The position numbers and the translations under genes were made by a program. This document shows, piece by piece, positions 24,528 to 37,400 of a stretch of 59,559 nucleotides of DNA (position 1 is its first letter; each line of letters starts with the position of its first letter). The DNA is from Selaginella moellendorffii. Its lineage: Eukaryota > Plantae > Lycopodiophyta. The stretch lies in NCBI RefSeq assembly GCF_000143415.4, contig NW_003314280.1, positions 1,720,502 through 1,780,060 of the forward strand, written 5' to 3'. The notes below the pieces were generated by a model. It had not been told where the DNA came from, did not search any database, and saw nothing but the letters and a program-made list of their open reading frames with translations.

Positions 24528-25002
24528 GAATACAATACATACAACACATGGCATGGTATGGTGTTTTAGAGACGGAGCTTAGTACGTCGTTTCTGCGGTT
24601 TCCGAATGGTTGCTTGGTTGTCATGTTTCTTTAGTTTCTTTGAAATCTTGTTTCCTGTGACGTGTGGCATCCATGATAGTGCTAGTCTTGACTTTGTAGC
24701 TGACAGTCTTCCGTTGAGTGTCGAGGACTTCCGGGTCAAGCGTTTGTGTGAGAAAAGGCAGGAAAAAGAAAGGATGAAAACAATTAAAAGACTTCCGTTT
24801 GATTGTAGCGTGGGGCTAATGGCTGTGTCTTGAATGCAGGATATCTTTGTTCAACTATACGAGCCGTGGCACGGCCCAAAAGGACCTGCTTAATAAAACA
24901 AGAGTCTGACAGTGATGTCTGGACGGTGAAGGACCCAGTAGGCTCTGTGGTATCACCCAACTCCAATTTAAACGGCGCCAGTTGCTGCGGAGGAAGGGAA
25001 GG

Positions 25003-26818
25003 ATGGAAGAGCGCTCCCGTCTTGCTCGTGAGCCATCCGAGTCCTCAGAACATGGAAGGAAGGGTCTGTTCGATTCAGCTAGAAATCTGGAAGGAAGACT
25101 TTCAGGAGGTAATTCTTCAGCACCAGGAGCACCAGCAGCACCAGCAGCAGAAGCCGAGACAGTTCCTGGCAGAAGAAAGAAGAACTACAACAAGTATGTT
25201 GTGTTTTGCACATTGCTGGCTTCTCTCAACTCTATACTGCTTGGATATGGTACGTTCTTCTTCTTCCTTTGGATATGTGTTGGATCTCATTACTTTCCGT
25301 GCAGATATTGGTGTTACGAGTGGTGCCTTGCTGTACATTAAAGATGACTTCAAGCTCAACAGCGTACAGCAGGAAATGCTGGTTGGTATTCTCAACCTGG
25401 TGTCTCTCGTGGGTGGGCTCATGGCTGGGAAGCTGGCCGATGCGGTTGGAAGAAGGAAGACAATGGCTACAGCCTCTGTGATCTTCTTCGTTGGTGCCTT
25501 GCTCATGGCATTATCTCCATCGTACGCAGTGCTCATGGGGGCACGAGTTCTATCGGGAGTTGGGGTCGGCTTTGCTATGATCATCGCTCCAGTGTACACG
25601 GCAGAACTGTCTCCTCCCGGAAGCAGGGGATCCTTGGTGTCGTTTGCCGAAGTTTTTATCAACACTGGGATCCTGGTTGGCTATGTAGCGAACTTTGCAC
25701 TCTCTCCGCTTCCCCAGTGGCTGGGATGGAGGCTGATGCTGGGACTCGGCGCCGTCCCTGCGGTGTTCCTGGCTTGCGCCGTGCTGGTGATGCCCGAGTC
25801 TCCTCGCTGGCTGGTGATGCAAGGCAGAGTCTCTCAAGCCAAGACCGTTCTCATCAGAACTTGCGGCGGGAACAAGGGCGAGGCGGAGTCGAGGCTCACG
25901 GCGATAGTAGAGTCACTGGGGGACGAGTACGAGGCAGAGAAACAAGAGGTCCGGGACGAGCACACCTCAAAGATGGACCCGGAAGCCGATCATCCGGCTG
26001 AGCTGCGAAAGCTCCCGTCGGTGGCTTCGTCGACCACCGAGCAGAGGAAGCGGATGCTCAAAGCAAAGAAAAAAGCAGGTAGCAACGTCTGGAAGCAGCT
26101 ACTGCTACCATCGGCTCCGGTGCGCAGGATGCTACTGGTGTCACTGGGAATTCATTTCTTCCAGCAGGCATCCGGCGTGGACGCTCTCGTGTACTACAGC
26201 CCCACGGTGTTCGCACAGGCGGGGATGAAGAGCAGGACGAGCGTGCTGGGCATGACCATCGCGGTCGGCCTGACGAAAACTCTCTTCATCCTGGTGGCCA
26301 CCATCTATCTCGACACCGTGGGACGCAGGACGCTGCTCCTGGCCAGTGCCACCGGGATGACCATCGCGCTCACCACGGTAGCGGTGACGTTCCGCTTCCT
26401 TCACGTCGGTGCCAAGGTGGACATGAGCAGCTCACAGCACGCGTCAGTGGCGTTGGTGGTCATCGCCATGCTCGCCATCTGCGGCTTCATGGCGAGCTTC
26501 TCCATTGGATTGGGGCCGACGGTGTACGTGCTCACGTCGGAGATCTTCCCGCTCACTCTCAGGGCACGGGCGATGAGCCTGTCCATCGGGATGAACAGGG
26601 GGATCAGCGGGACCGTGGCGCTCACTTACTTGAGCCTGGCCGAAGCGCTCACCACGTCCGGGGCCTTCTTCGTCTACGCCTCCATCGCGTTTGCGTCCAT
26701 CGTTTTTGTATTCTTCGTGGTGCCCGAGACCAAAGGCAAGTCGCTGGAGGAGGTTTGTAAGTATTTCGGGTGGCAGCCGGACGAGGGAGGTGGCGGCCAA
26801 GAGCTCAGAGAGGTTTAA
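25003..26818 (+). CDS. Polyol/monosaccharide transporter (PMT/PLT subfamily, MFS), 586 aa, exons 25003-25249 and 25305-26818
   Basis: NKYVVFCTLLASLNSILLGY|DIGVTSGA across a 55-nt GT-AG intron. Also DAVGRR, PVYTAELSP, MPESPRWL, QQASGVDALVYYSP, SEIFPL and PETKGKSLEE. Confidence 0.95.
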
Positions 26819-27084
26819 ACGTGGAAGTTGGATTCTTAAAGCATGCACGTCAATGATCGTTCGTATTGTCCAGTGTTTCTCTTCGCGTTGAGAGTTCCTT
26901 GGCCCGTTGTTTTGCACTTTGCTTTTTTGAGTTGTTAATTCTTGATCGCCGCTAGCCTTTCTTTTATCTTTGATCATACCTCAGCTCGTTGCAAGCAGCT
27001 TCGCTTTCTTTACTCGCTTGTTGCTCACGCAAAGAAAAGCCCTACCTAAACGAACTTACCGTGTGAAGTGGCCTACCTGGGCAG

Positions 27085-30000
27085 CAAAGCTAAAAAAGGG
27101 GAAACGAAGCAACTTAATTAGTTGTCGCTAGTAGCGGGAGGGGATGAGGAATCCTGCTGATCGGACAGCCTGCTGGATGGCTTGTGGACGGACTTGTGCT
27201 GTACTTTTGGTGGTCCTAAGCGAATTGAAGGAGCAATGTTTTTCACAATATCCACCTTGGGGAAAAAGAGCCGTGATTATGAATTTGATGCTTCTAGCAT
27301 TATGTTCATGAGATTTGATCCTTCGTATCGATCAAACATTTCTTTGGCTTCATCTCGTGCTGTGCTGCAATTTCAACCACGCCACCATGTCTACATCTCC
27401 AATCTGCATGAAGCTCGCCAGCAAAATGCATTTTTTGTCCACAGCTGAGCTGGAATTAAACAATTCGCAAGCTACCATGCCCGTGAGAGATCTATAGCAT
27501 TAGCTTCCTACTTCAGTTAGATCGTCTGGCAGTCCAGATCTCTTTCGGTGTCTTTCCTTCCATCATCCGATCTAGAGTCGACTGGTCAAGTCCACCTCAA
27601 GGCTTTCAGCTGCCGACGTGAGCTCACACAACGTTTTGGTGTCTAGCGGGACGAACTTCTCATCGAAAAACTTCCTCTCCTGCAAAAGAAAAAGGAAGAT
27701 CTCAAGTCACCAAACCATGAATTCCAACCAGCTATGTGACCTTATTGGACCGGGAAGTGGCAGTACGTACTCGAGTAGCAACTGGGATTAACTTGACTTG
27801 TCCATGAGACAGCAACCATTGAGCAAGACCTCGCGGTGGATGAGAGGTATTCCACCTGGTTTCGCCGGGGCCCGTGAAGAAAAACTTTGGCGCAAACGAT
27901 GCCCAATGCGGGCATATGCAATCACCATCGCAGTCCAGGTCACCACGTCCCTCTCCTGCAGAGAATCAAAGGTGTTTCCATCCTCAGCAACGCGATTGTC
28001 ATCGCAAAAGGCCTGTAACAGGATTTTCCAGGAGAAGACATTGGGATCCTGAATCGTGTGAAAGGCCTTCAATATGCCCAAACCAGGCATATAGTGATAG
28101 CAAGAAGAATGTGAATTGCCGGTGCCTAGCTCGTCGATCCGGCACGCTTCCCTGTGCACGAGACTTGCGCTGCTCCTTTCGCAGTTGCTCATCAACTATT
28201 TGCCAGACTCCAGAGCCAAACAGGGCTTGGACGATAAGGGCTTTTGATACCCAGTGGCGTGCCAGGCTCTGGGCAGCAAGCTCTACCTTCTTGGGGGATG
28301 GAGCTGCAGGAAATAGCGTCTTTGTTCACACACGAATCGATGGCATTGCCACTCCATCACCATCGCCAGATGGAGACCATAGCCTTCATCGCCCTCCCAA
28401 AGCTGTGATGTCGATTCATATAGTGGTGCCGTGGGAGCGCAATGTAGTTTTGCACATTGATATACTTGCGGGGGAGTGGAACCACGACATTTGTAAAATC
28501 AGCTTCTAAAATCAGCTCTGTTTTTTAACTTCGTATTCCTTTCACTCAAATGTTCTCTGATTCAGTAAGAGTTAGGCTGAGATCATGGTGTTCCAGAGAA
28601 TCACGTCCCCTTCTTCGGGACAGCTTCTCAAAGGAGGTATGCGGGTGTGTACTCCCTTCTTCCACATTGTTTTCCTTGAGAGCTTTGTTCTCGTCTCTAG
28701 AGCTCAAAAAGCAAGGTTTTTCATCTCCAATCCAATTTGCAGGCGCTAGTTTCGTTCAAGGTGACATACATTGATTGAGATTTAAGGAAGCCCAAGATTT
28801 TGCAAGGAGACTAAATGCTGACTGGCCCAGCCGGATGCAAGACTTAGCATCTTGGAGCAACCAAGAACACAGGCTGTGGACACCAATGACGACAAGTCCA
28901 ACACATAATTATTGTTAGCCAAAGACACAAGAGCTTGTTGGATAATCTCATTTTTTCTTTTTTCTAGTTCAAATAACTTTTTCTTCTTCTTTGTTTCTAT
29001 ACAAAACATTAACAGCAAAAATCCATGCAAGGGTTAATTAAAGTTGTCCATGCAAGGAAATGTCCATTTAGTAAAATCTGGTTTTTGGATCTGGTTGGAT
29101 TGTTCAAGTCCCTGTCATACATAAAAAAGACCACGGTTGTGAAAACATCCAATCATGATGTTCTTAGTCTAATAATCTAGCCTTGCCAATACCTCCCATA
29201 GCTCTTTGGCTTGGCGTGGATTTATCCAGATCCCTCACTCACCTCTGTCCCTCTAGAACGCATGTCAATGTCATGTTCCGTTGTGGCGTATCTCAGCCAT
29301 GGAAAAGATTGATGGCTGGTTCCAACTCGACCCCATCAACCTCCACAGCAGAGCACAGTGACATGTTTGGAAAAGCCCGAAGTAGAGAAGGCCCTGGAGA
29401 TTCAAGAAGAAGATGAGTACCCCTCTTATCTCAGCTCGCGATCTTGTTCATTGCCCATGGTCACCAACATTAGTCACAAACAAAACTTGCCTCTTGGTAT
29501 TAAAATGGGAAAAAAATGGATCATTACTACTGTTTTAAGTTATTGCATTACATTGAGATTGTTATTATTTACAATTGATATTTGTAACTATAATTTAAGA
29601 CACAATAGTTTTATAAATTTAAGATTTAAAGTCAAATTAGAAATTTTATTAAGTTGTTCAATTTATGACTAAATTTTAATAAAACAAAAAATATGTAGTC
29701 ATTAATCAATTATAATAGTGATAAACCAGAAAATATATTGTTGTGAGTTGTTGTCATCCATGAGTTTGTTGCTACCAATTACTACTCCTAGCAATCACTA
29801 CATGACTGATCTTTGCTCACATTCCTAGAGCTAAATTGCACTAGGGCTTTGCCATGCGATTTAGAGATGGAAATCTCTCAATTAGTAAGTTGCTGGAGGT
29901 ATGGCAGCCATATAAACTTCACAAACATGTGAAGAATAAGGTAGCCCTGGAACCAGCCAATTCCTGTGAACCCTCCCTGCTATAAATTGGAGCCTCCTCT

Positions 30001-30370
30001 CTCACATCTCCACAAATCGACAATCACAACTGAGGTCCACTCTACAAATTTGGAGCTCTTCCATCTCTAATTCCAGTTCTAATCCCAGTTCTCCTAATAG
30101 ATTCTAAAAAATCGAGAGAATCGATAGTCACCTGCTGTCGAAAGCTCTCCCCAATTGCTGATCGATTTTTGCGCCCTCGATCCAAATGGCAATGACGTTA
30201 CCTCTATAGATCCATGATCCTCTGTTCTTCGAAGATGATGACCAATCCGTTGGTGAGGTCGCAATTCCCAATTTACCGAGGACGAGATCCTTGCCTGCAT
30301 GGAATGCCTAGGCATGATCCACGCCTTCGTCATGCCCTTTGTGCTCAATGCCGCCACCAAGCTCCGGGTC
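27085..30370. repeat. Inverted copy of arm A (1-3360), including a PPR fragment at 27788-28195(-)
   Basis: Reverse-complement identity with 1-3360. Confidence 0.95.
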
Positions 30371-31179
30371 TTCAACATCGTCACGCACGCCGCAATTCCT
30401 CCCACCACGGAGGAGATCACGGCCAAAATCTCCTCCTCGTCCTCATTCGCCGCTGATCAAACGATCAAACTCATCGATCAAACGCATCGCCGCTGTCGAG
30501 CACGACCTCACGGGAATCTCCACGTGGCTGGCGCCAGGTCGGACTACCTCGCCGCTCGCTATGGAAATGCATGCCAGGTTCAGGCGTCGTGGCAGAGGCT
30601 CCACGAGGTCGTGCTCGACGGCAGCGATGCGTTTGATTGATGCGTTTGATCGTTTGATCGGCGGCGAATGAGGACGAGGAGGAGATTTTGGCTGTGATCT
30701 CCTCCACGGTGGGAGGAATTGCGGCGTGCGCGACGATGTCGAAGACCCGGAGCTTGATGGCGGCGTTGAGCACAAAGGGCGTGACGAAGGCATGGATCAT
30801 GCCCAGGCATTCCATGCGGCCAAGGATCTCGTCCTTGGTAAATTGGGAATTGCGAACCTCGCCAATGGATTGGTCATCATTGTCGAAGAACAGAGGATCG
30901 TGGATCGATAGAGGTGATGTCATTGCCATTTGGATCGAGGGCGCAAAAATCGATCAGCAATTGGGGAGAGCTTTCGACAGCAGGAGACTTGCACTTGCGA
31001 TCAATTCTCTCGATTTTTTAGAATCTATTAGGAGAACTGGGATTAGAACTGGAATTGGAGATGGAAGAGCTCCAAATTTGTAGAGTGGACCTCAGTTGTG
31101 ATCGTCGATTTGTGGAGATGTGAGAGAGGAGGCTCCAATTTATAGCAGGAAGGGTTCACAGGAATTGGCTGGTTCCAGG
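29946..31179. repeat. OMT-derived palindrome: arms 29946-30509 and 30605-31179, 95-nt loop
   Basis: Each arm has the TATA box (29981 on +, 31139-31144 on -), 5' UTR and the first ~90 OMT codons. The loop is internal OMT exon-1 sequence. Confidence 0.95.
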
Positions 31180-31657
31180 AATGGCACCCGGTATGTAAAA
31201 CCTTCGCATTTGTTTTTTTCTTTCTCGGAGGTGGCAGGGTTGACCAGCGCCAGTCAAACTCTCACTGTTTGCCGGTCAAACGTGGTGGTATGGAACTTTT
31301 ACACCAAGTTTTGTTTCACTTGGACACGAAATAATCGCAAGCATCGTATAAAGAGTGGAAATTAGAAAAGAGTTTTTGCGGAGACTGGGTCGCTGCAGCG
31401 ATTGACACAAATTTGGGTTCGTCTTTGACGACTACACAATCGGCACGAATTCTGCATTGAAGACATGCGAGCGAAGATGGTTTGAATGGATGTTCGAGTG
31501 TACATTTTAGAAACTAGTGTCAAACGATTTAGACAGGCATTGATGACAAAGGTATTCTACACATGGACTCTAATCTTGTTTTCTCTTTTCTTGGATGCTC
31601 GATCACAATCACAGACACTTTATTCCAGGAGGATTTCTTTAGCATGAAAGTCAACTA

Positions 31658-32852
31658 TCAAACTCGAGTTATGAGGCCTTTGCGTTCGAAGCTGTCAACG
31701 CAATCGTCAAACATTTGCTCCAGCGACTTGAATTGGATCCCAAGATCGTCCTGAAGCTTTGTGGAGTTGAATCCCTTGAAATATGGCGGGGACAAGACTT
31801 CGATCCTGCAAGCATGCAAAGGAAGGGGAAGTGCGAAAAAAATAGGAAAACTTTGTTGCGTGGTGTCACTCTTGGGGGGGGGCGGTTTGGTGCTCGGGAT
31901 AGGTCTTGGACAGGAAGCTGGCGAGCTCGGTAGCTCATGTTGATCGCACAAACATATCTTCCAGTGCCTTTGGGATGCGTATAGGCAGGGAGGTGAGCTT
32001 GAGCAACGTCGTCGAGATGAACGTATCCAGCCTGATCGAAACAGTTTCCGTGGCTCCTACAATGTGTTTGGAATCTCAAAACTATTTTTGTTCTGCTTTC
32101 GAGATCACTCGCAGTCGGAGAATATCGGCAGCGCATGCGGTGGGGTGGCCTTGGACGAGAGAAGTTCTCCCACGACGCTGGGAGCGATTGTGATCACCTC
32201 TATGCCGTTTTCTTTCCCAAACTCGAGTGCTGCTTGCTCGGGTAGAGTCTTTCCCAGACCATACCACATTTGGACTTGAAAAACTTGTAAGAATTCGTTC
32301 TTTCTTGCTTGTGGAAATAAGAATCTTACCTCAATCTCACGGCAGCAGTCTGGGGAGCTCCACACCGATTCATCAAGTCGTTCCTCGCACTAACAGAAGC
32401 CACGGATGACGTGCACACCACTCGCTTGACTGTTGTGGATTGTTTCCAGGCATTGAGCACGTTCAGAGTTCCAAGTACGCATGGATCAACAATCTCGGTC
32501 TGGAAGAAGAACCAAAGACAAGAAAAAGCGAACCAGTAAAAGTTCGAGATACAAGACTAGACCATAGCTGGCAGAGAGCTGTTGAATCGAAGGAGTCAAG
32601 CAAAGTTACCTCCTTGTAGCTGAAAGTCACGGCCCGCGAGATGGAAAACTTGGACAATATCGTCAAAGGCGCCTAATTCCGTGACAAGGTCGGCCTTCTT
32701 TCTCTCCCCCGGAAGCTCGCACAAACAACAAAAGCAATTTCTAAGTAGAATCGATTAGCCTAAGTACCCTGACAACGTGATGTCCCTCCTTCAGTAGCCG
32801 CTTCACGAAGGAAACCAGATGCCCAAACCTTCTTCTCGTTCGCCATCGCCAT
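31658..32852 (-). pseudogene. DFR/CCR-like copy C, degenerate
   Basis: Contains [15 protein letters not shown] and YVHLDDVA. Multiple deletions and frameshifts, including in the Rossmann motif. Confidence 0.9.
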
Positions 32853-33049
32853 GGAATGACCCTAAAGTTGAACACGGTTCTCTCTCACAAGAATTATCAG
32901 TAACCGGGAAACAGTGCTTTTTAACTATTCAATGCTGGACAATGCAATGGAACTTTCATTCCCTTCGCTTGAGCGATGATGTCTATTAACCTGTAAAGCT
33001 AAAACATAAATCTGGGATGATTCATCTACCTGGTAACTAATAACAGATG

Positions 33050-33200
33050 CGGAATAACTATCACATTGTCGGGCTGGACCACCTTTCTGTCCTTTGCAGG
33101 CCAACACACATTACAAAAGCGCAAAGAGTAAACTCCTCACTAAACTGAATGAAAGATTACCTGCCACTGTGTCAAGTGCCTTAATCAACATGGCAAAGGT
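33050..33200 (-). pseudogene. Highly degenerate PGDH remnant upstream of DFR copy C (also at about 44320-44440)
   Basis: CACATTGTCGGGCTGGACCACCTTTCTGTCCTTTGCAGG resembles 14190-14228, and TGTCAAGTGCCTTAATCAAC resembles 14339-14358. Confidence 0.65.
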
Positions 33201-33821
33201 CTTGTCCGTTATAGTAATCAACGGAGCAAAATCAGTATATGCTCTACCACAGCAAGAGTTTGGATTTAAACCCGAGACTTCAAAGAAGAAGAGCCTTTGC
33301 CTCAAACCAACTAAGTTGGCTAAGTAACGGGTCAGCACCAAAGTCAGAGATCAAACAAGGCTAATGCCAACGGTCTGTTGGCAACTTACCCATGAAAATC
33401 CAATACCCAACCCAAGCCAAATAATGCTAATGATTTTAGTAGTACTTGTAAAAGTTGCTTGAGATAGATAAATATAGAGTCCATAGCTCCGAAGAGCCAT
33501 GCAGTCGTTCCTCTAAGACCTGTATGAATCTGCAGAAATTGGCCTTTGATGGATCGCCCAGAAAGTTGTGCACGTGGAGGGCATCCAGCAAAAACTTCAA
33601 ATAAAAGTTGGAGCATTGTTTTTTCTTGCAGGAACAATTGAGACAGAGAGAGATATTATACTCGTCCAGAGTTATTAGATTATAATTTAAGACACAATAG
33701 TTTTATAAATTTAAGATTTAAAGTCAAATTAGAAATTTTATTAAGTTGACATTTGTAGTTGCAATTTATGACTAAATTTTAAGTCATTTATAATAGTTAA
33801 AAAACAAAAAAAATGTAGTCA

Positions 33822-34320
33822 TTGGCCATCTCCGCCAGCTCCTCCAGGATCTCTGGAGTTCGAGCATTTGTCGTGTCCCCCGTGAAGAACTCGTGGACTC
33901 TTCGCTTCACCGCAATGGAGCTGAAAGCCGGCTCCTTCCTTATGTTCTTCTTGTACATGAGCCTCCCGATCTTGCCCCCCTCGTCCTTCTTCCTGACTTC
34001 GTTGTAGAGATTCGACAGCACCATGTACGCCACAGAGCCATCCGATGTGAGCTCCATCAAGTGCTCGGCAGACTTTCTCGCTTGCTCCATGTCCTTGTGA
34101 ACTTTGGACGCTCCCAGCATTGTGGAGTGGATCACCCGGTCGGGCTTGAGAGGTGCCACGGCTATAAACTTCTCGGCAGTGTCGAGCTTGGCTATGAGGT
34201 CCACCATGCAGTAGTAGTGCTCGGCTCACAGGGAGATCGTTGGGTAGTTGTGGAGGAGTGACACGAAGAGCTGGACGCCATCTTTGACGAGACCACCGTG
34301 GCTGCAAGCTGAGAAGAGCC
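33822..34320 (-). pseudogene. PPR-E fragment lacking the DYW domain
   Basis: ORF 33797-34207 MVDLIAKL...AYMVLSNLY...VHEFFTGD matches 7698-8197 and ends at EMA. Confidence 0.9.
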
Positions 34321-34473
34321 ATTATTAACAACAAGTTGCTTTGAGTAAGCATATGCTAGGTGGCAGCCTTCTTTGCATCATTCATTGTGAAAGACCAAAT
34401 TCCAGTTAATTTTGATGGCTAAAGTTTGCTAGGACTTGGTCAGGGAACTTAAGTAAGACCTCCTAACACTGAC

Positions 34474-37400
34474 GCCTCCCGTTAAACACCATCCTGATTC
34501 ACTCTCTCTCTCTCTGCTTACCTGGCAATGACGTGGCACAGCCCTCCTTTTTGTTTTATCTCCAGCGCACTCCCTCTCCCGTCCGTCGCCGCTGCGCACT
34601 CCCGCCCTCGGCTATCGCCCGCCTGCGGCTCCCGCCCGCACTCCCACGTCCGCCCGCGCCCAGCGTGCGCCCTAAAATTACTTCCACGTGGCCACAGCCC
34701 CAACACTTAGCCAAATTTCAATCAGCCCGCCCTAGTCCACCCATTCACGCCGGATGGTTGCCCCATAATTGACCTAAAAACGTTTCTGTTTCTTTTATGA
34801 TCAAGCATGGCAGCAGCACATCAATTTCCAGAGGTAAGCAATCAATTCAATTTCATATTGATTCAAGAAAATCATTTAGGATGCCCCATGGCTTGATGAG
34901 GTGCAAGAATTCCATGAAAAGGATTATTTTTGTGTAGATGATTTAGATTGGAATTTGTCTAAATCAAATGAAACTATAGCTCCTATTGTGTATATATTAC
35001 AGAAGGATGTGAACAAATTTCTAGATGGTGAGAGGAGAAGGGGTGATGGAGTGGATTTTTGGCGATTTTCTAACAAAAATCGTGATTCTGGAGATTTGAA
35101 ATGACCCAAAAACACAAGCTTTTTATCATTAATCAGGTATATCTTTTTAACAAAATATAATTACTAACTTCTTGATACAAGTATTGGTGTGAATATGGAA
35201 AACAAGATGCTAGTGAAACATCCTCTATTACACCAAAGTTAGGACTTGGAAGTAGACTGGGTCGAAGTTCTAATAAGCAGGGTTGCCTTTGCAATTTTTT
35301 GGTCAAACAGTTTTACAAATGGCCTGATTATGTTTAGATTACATATTATCATAGAGAGCATTGTGATAAGAATGGGATTCCTTGTCATGGTCAACTTGAT
35401 CTGACTGGAGGAAAGTCATTATTTCCTCAGAAGCTTTCAGCAGATATTCGACATTGGGTGATTCATATGATTCAGCAGGATTTCACATCAAATCAGATTT
35501 ATAATGAGCATATACAGATTGTGGGAAGGAACAAGTCAGCTGGTGAACCTCTTCATCGAGATGATTTTCTAACTATGCAGGATATCAACAATCTGCATAG
35601 AAAGTATTTGCTTTCAACTTATCGATTACATGAGAATGACGCATAGAGTGTACGTATTTGGAAGAACACAAATCCTGAGAAAGTATTTTTCTATTAGGAA
35701 GGTGATTGAGGTAAAGATTGTTTTACTATTGGGATCCAGACAACTTAGCAACTACAAAAGATGGTGAACTTTTCAAATAATAATTTATTGAGTCTTGACA
35801 CAACTTTTGGAACTAATTGCTACAAGGTAAAATTTTCATTCAGTTTTAAGTGATTAATACTTAATAATTTACAGTTCCCATTATACACCATGCTTGCTTT
35901 TGATTATCATGGAAATGGTATTCCAATTGCATGGGTTTTAACTTCTAGTGAGAAAGGAGAACATGTGAAGAATTGGATGATAGGTTTTAAAAAGCGAGTT
36001 TTAGAACACATGCCAAATTGGAAACCACGGGCGATAATGATTGATGATGTTGAAGTAGAGATTAATGCTATAAGGTAATTAATTTGATTTGAAATAATTT
36101 AATTGTTTTCTTCTATATAGAGCTACATTTGATTGTTAAATTCTATTATGTATTTGGCATGTAAGGAGGAATTGTCTCAAACATATTATTTGTAAGGTGA
36201 AATCTTGGGATATTAGGATGGAAATATGGAAATGCCTCGGAGATATTATGTATCATTCAATTCATGTAGCTTTTCATGATGATAATATTATGCGAGTTGA
36301 GATTAAACAACTTATTGAACATTTTGAGGTGGATTTTCAAAATGAAGTAGCCTTTATCAAGTATTTTCAAGACGAATGGAAGGACAAAGTTGGTAAGTGA
36401 ATCAATAATTTAATTTTTATAATTTATTTTAATTTATATTTGATAGATATATGGGTTGTTGCTGCTCGAAATTTCCCTCATGCTAACAAGGAGACAAATA
36501 GTTCGATTGAGGCATTCCATGCAAATATGAAAGCTATATTCTTGTCCGAAAAAAAACATGCTCGCAATCGAAGGATGGATTGGGCAATTCATCAACTTAC
36601 TACTAAGGTTCATGCGAGGTACTGGTTTACTAGTTATTGCAAAGATCATGGTTTTATCTGAAACCATGCATATGAAAAACTAATCGATGGTGCAATTGTT
36701 AAAGCAATAAATATTAATGACTCTCAAGTAAAATTCGATAAGGACAATACTCACAAATCCTATGTACAATTCTCTTCAGATCCAGCTATATGGTATCTTG
36801 TTGTCGGAGGTGAAAGACACAGTGATTGGGTTTTTTCGACTTGGTGTAATTGTCCGTGGGCAACCAAAAGAAACTTTTGCAAACATCAAGCAAAAGTTAT
36901 TATGTTAAAACAAGGAGAAAAAACTGATTGGACTACAACTAGTTATGAGGTTCAACCATCACAATCGCATGCAATCTTAGAACTTGGGCCAGATGATTTA
37001 TTTTATCGTCATCAAGATTTTGAAGCACTTGACTTGGAAGCTATGACAGAGGTAATTCACTTATAAATTAAAATTTTGAAATACTTATAAAAATTTGAGC
37101 AGGAAAACATCCATCAAGATGTTTATCATGAGCAAGAAATTCAGTTGGAGACTACATTAGAGGTAAACTAACATATTTTATATACTAATATATATGAATA
37201 TTGAGCAGGAAGATATCCATCAAAATATACAGCATCAACAAGAAATTCAGCTAAGGACTACTATAGAGGTAATTTACACTAAGTAAATTTTAAATATTGA
37301 TATGAACTTTAAGCAGGAAGATATCACTCCATCAAAAGTTACAAAAGCGACATTACAACAAAAGATGATGGATATCTTACAAGATCTTCCTGATGAAGAA

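Larger units (their letters stand above)
30660..33668. repeat. Inverted copy of 43865-46938
   Basis: Mirror ORFs 32463-32666(-) vs 44919-45122(+) and 32105-32365(-) vs 45220-45480(+). Confidence 0.95.

Noticed and set aside
8196-24530. Helitron or Pack-MULE carrying the gene fragments
   Set aside because: No bounding TIR/TSD or TC...hairpin-CTRR termini found. Fragments lie in mixed orientations and fit segmental duplication plus deletion better.
24830-25002. N-terminal part of the 662-aa ORF
   Set aside because: Non-ATG start. The true exon 1 is in another frame (ATG 25003) and splices to restore GYDIG.
34518-34772. Pro/Arg-rich ORFs here and at 37759-38097
   Set aside because: They are translations of the GC-rich MULE TIRs.
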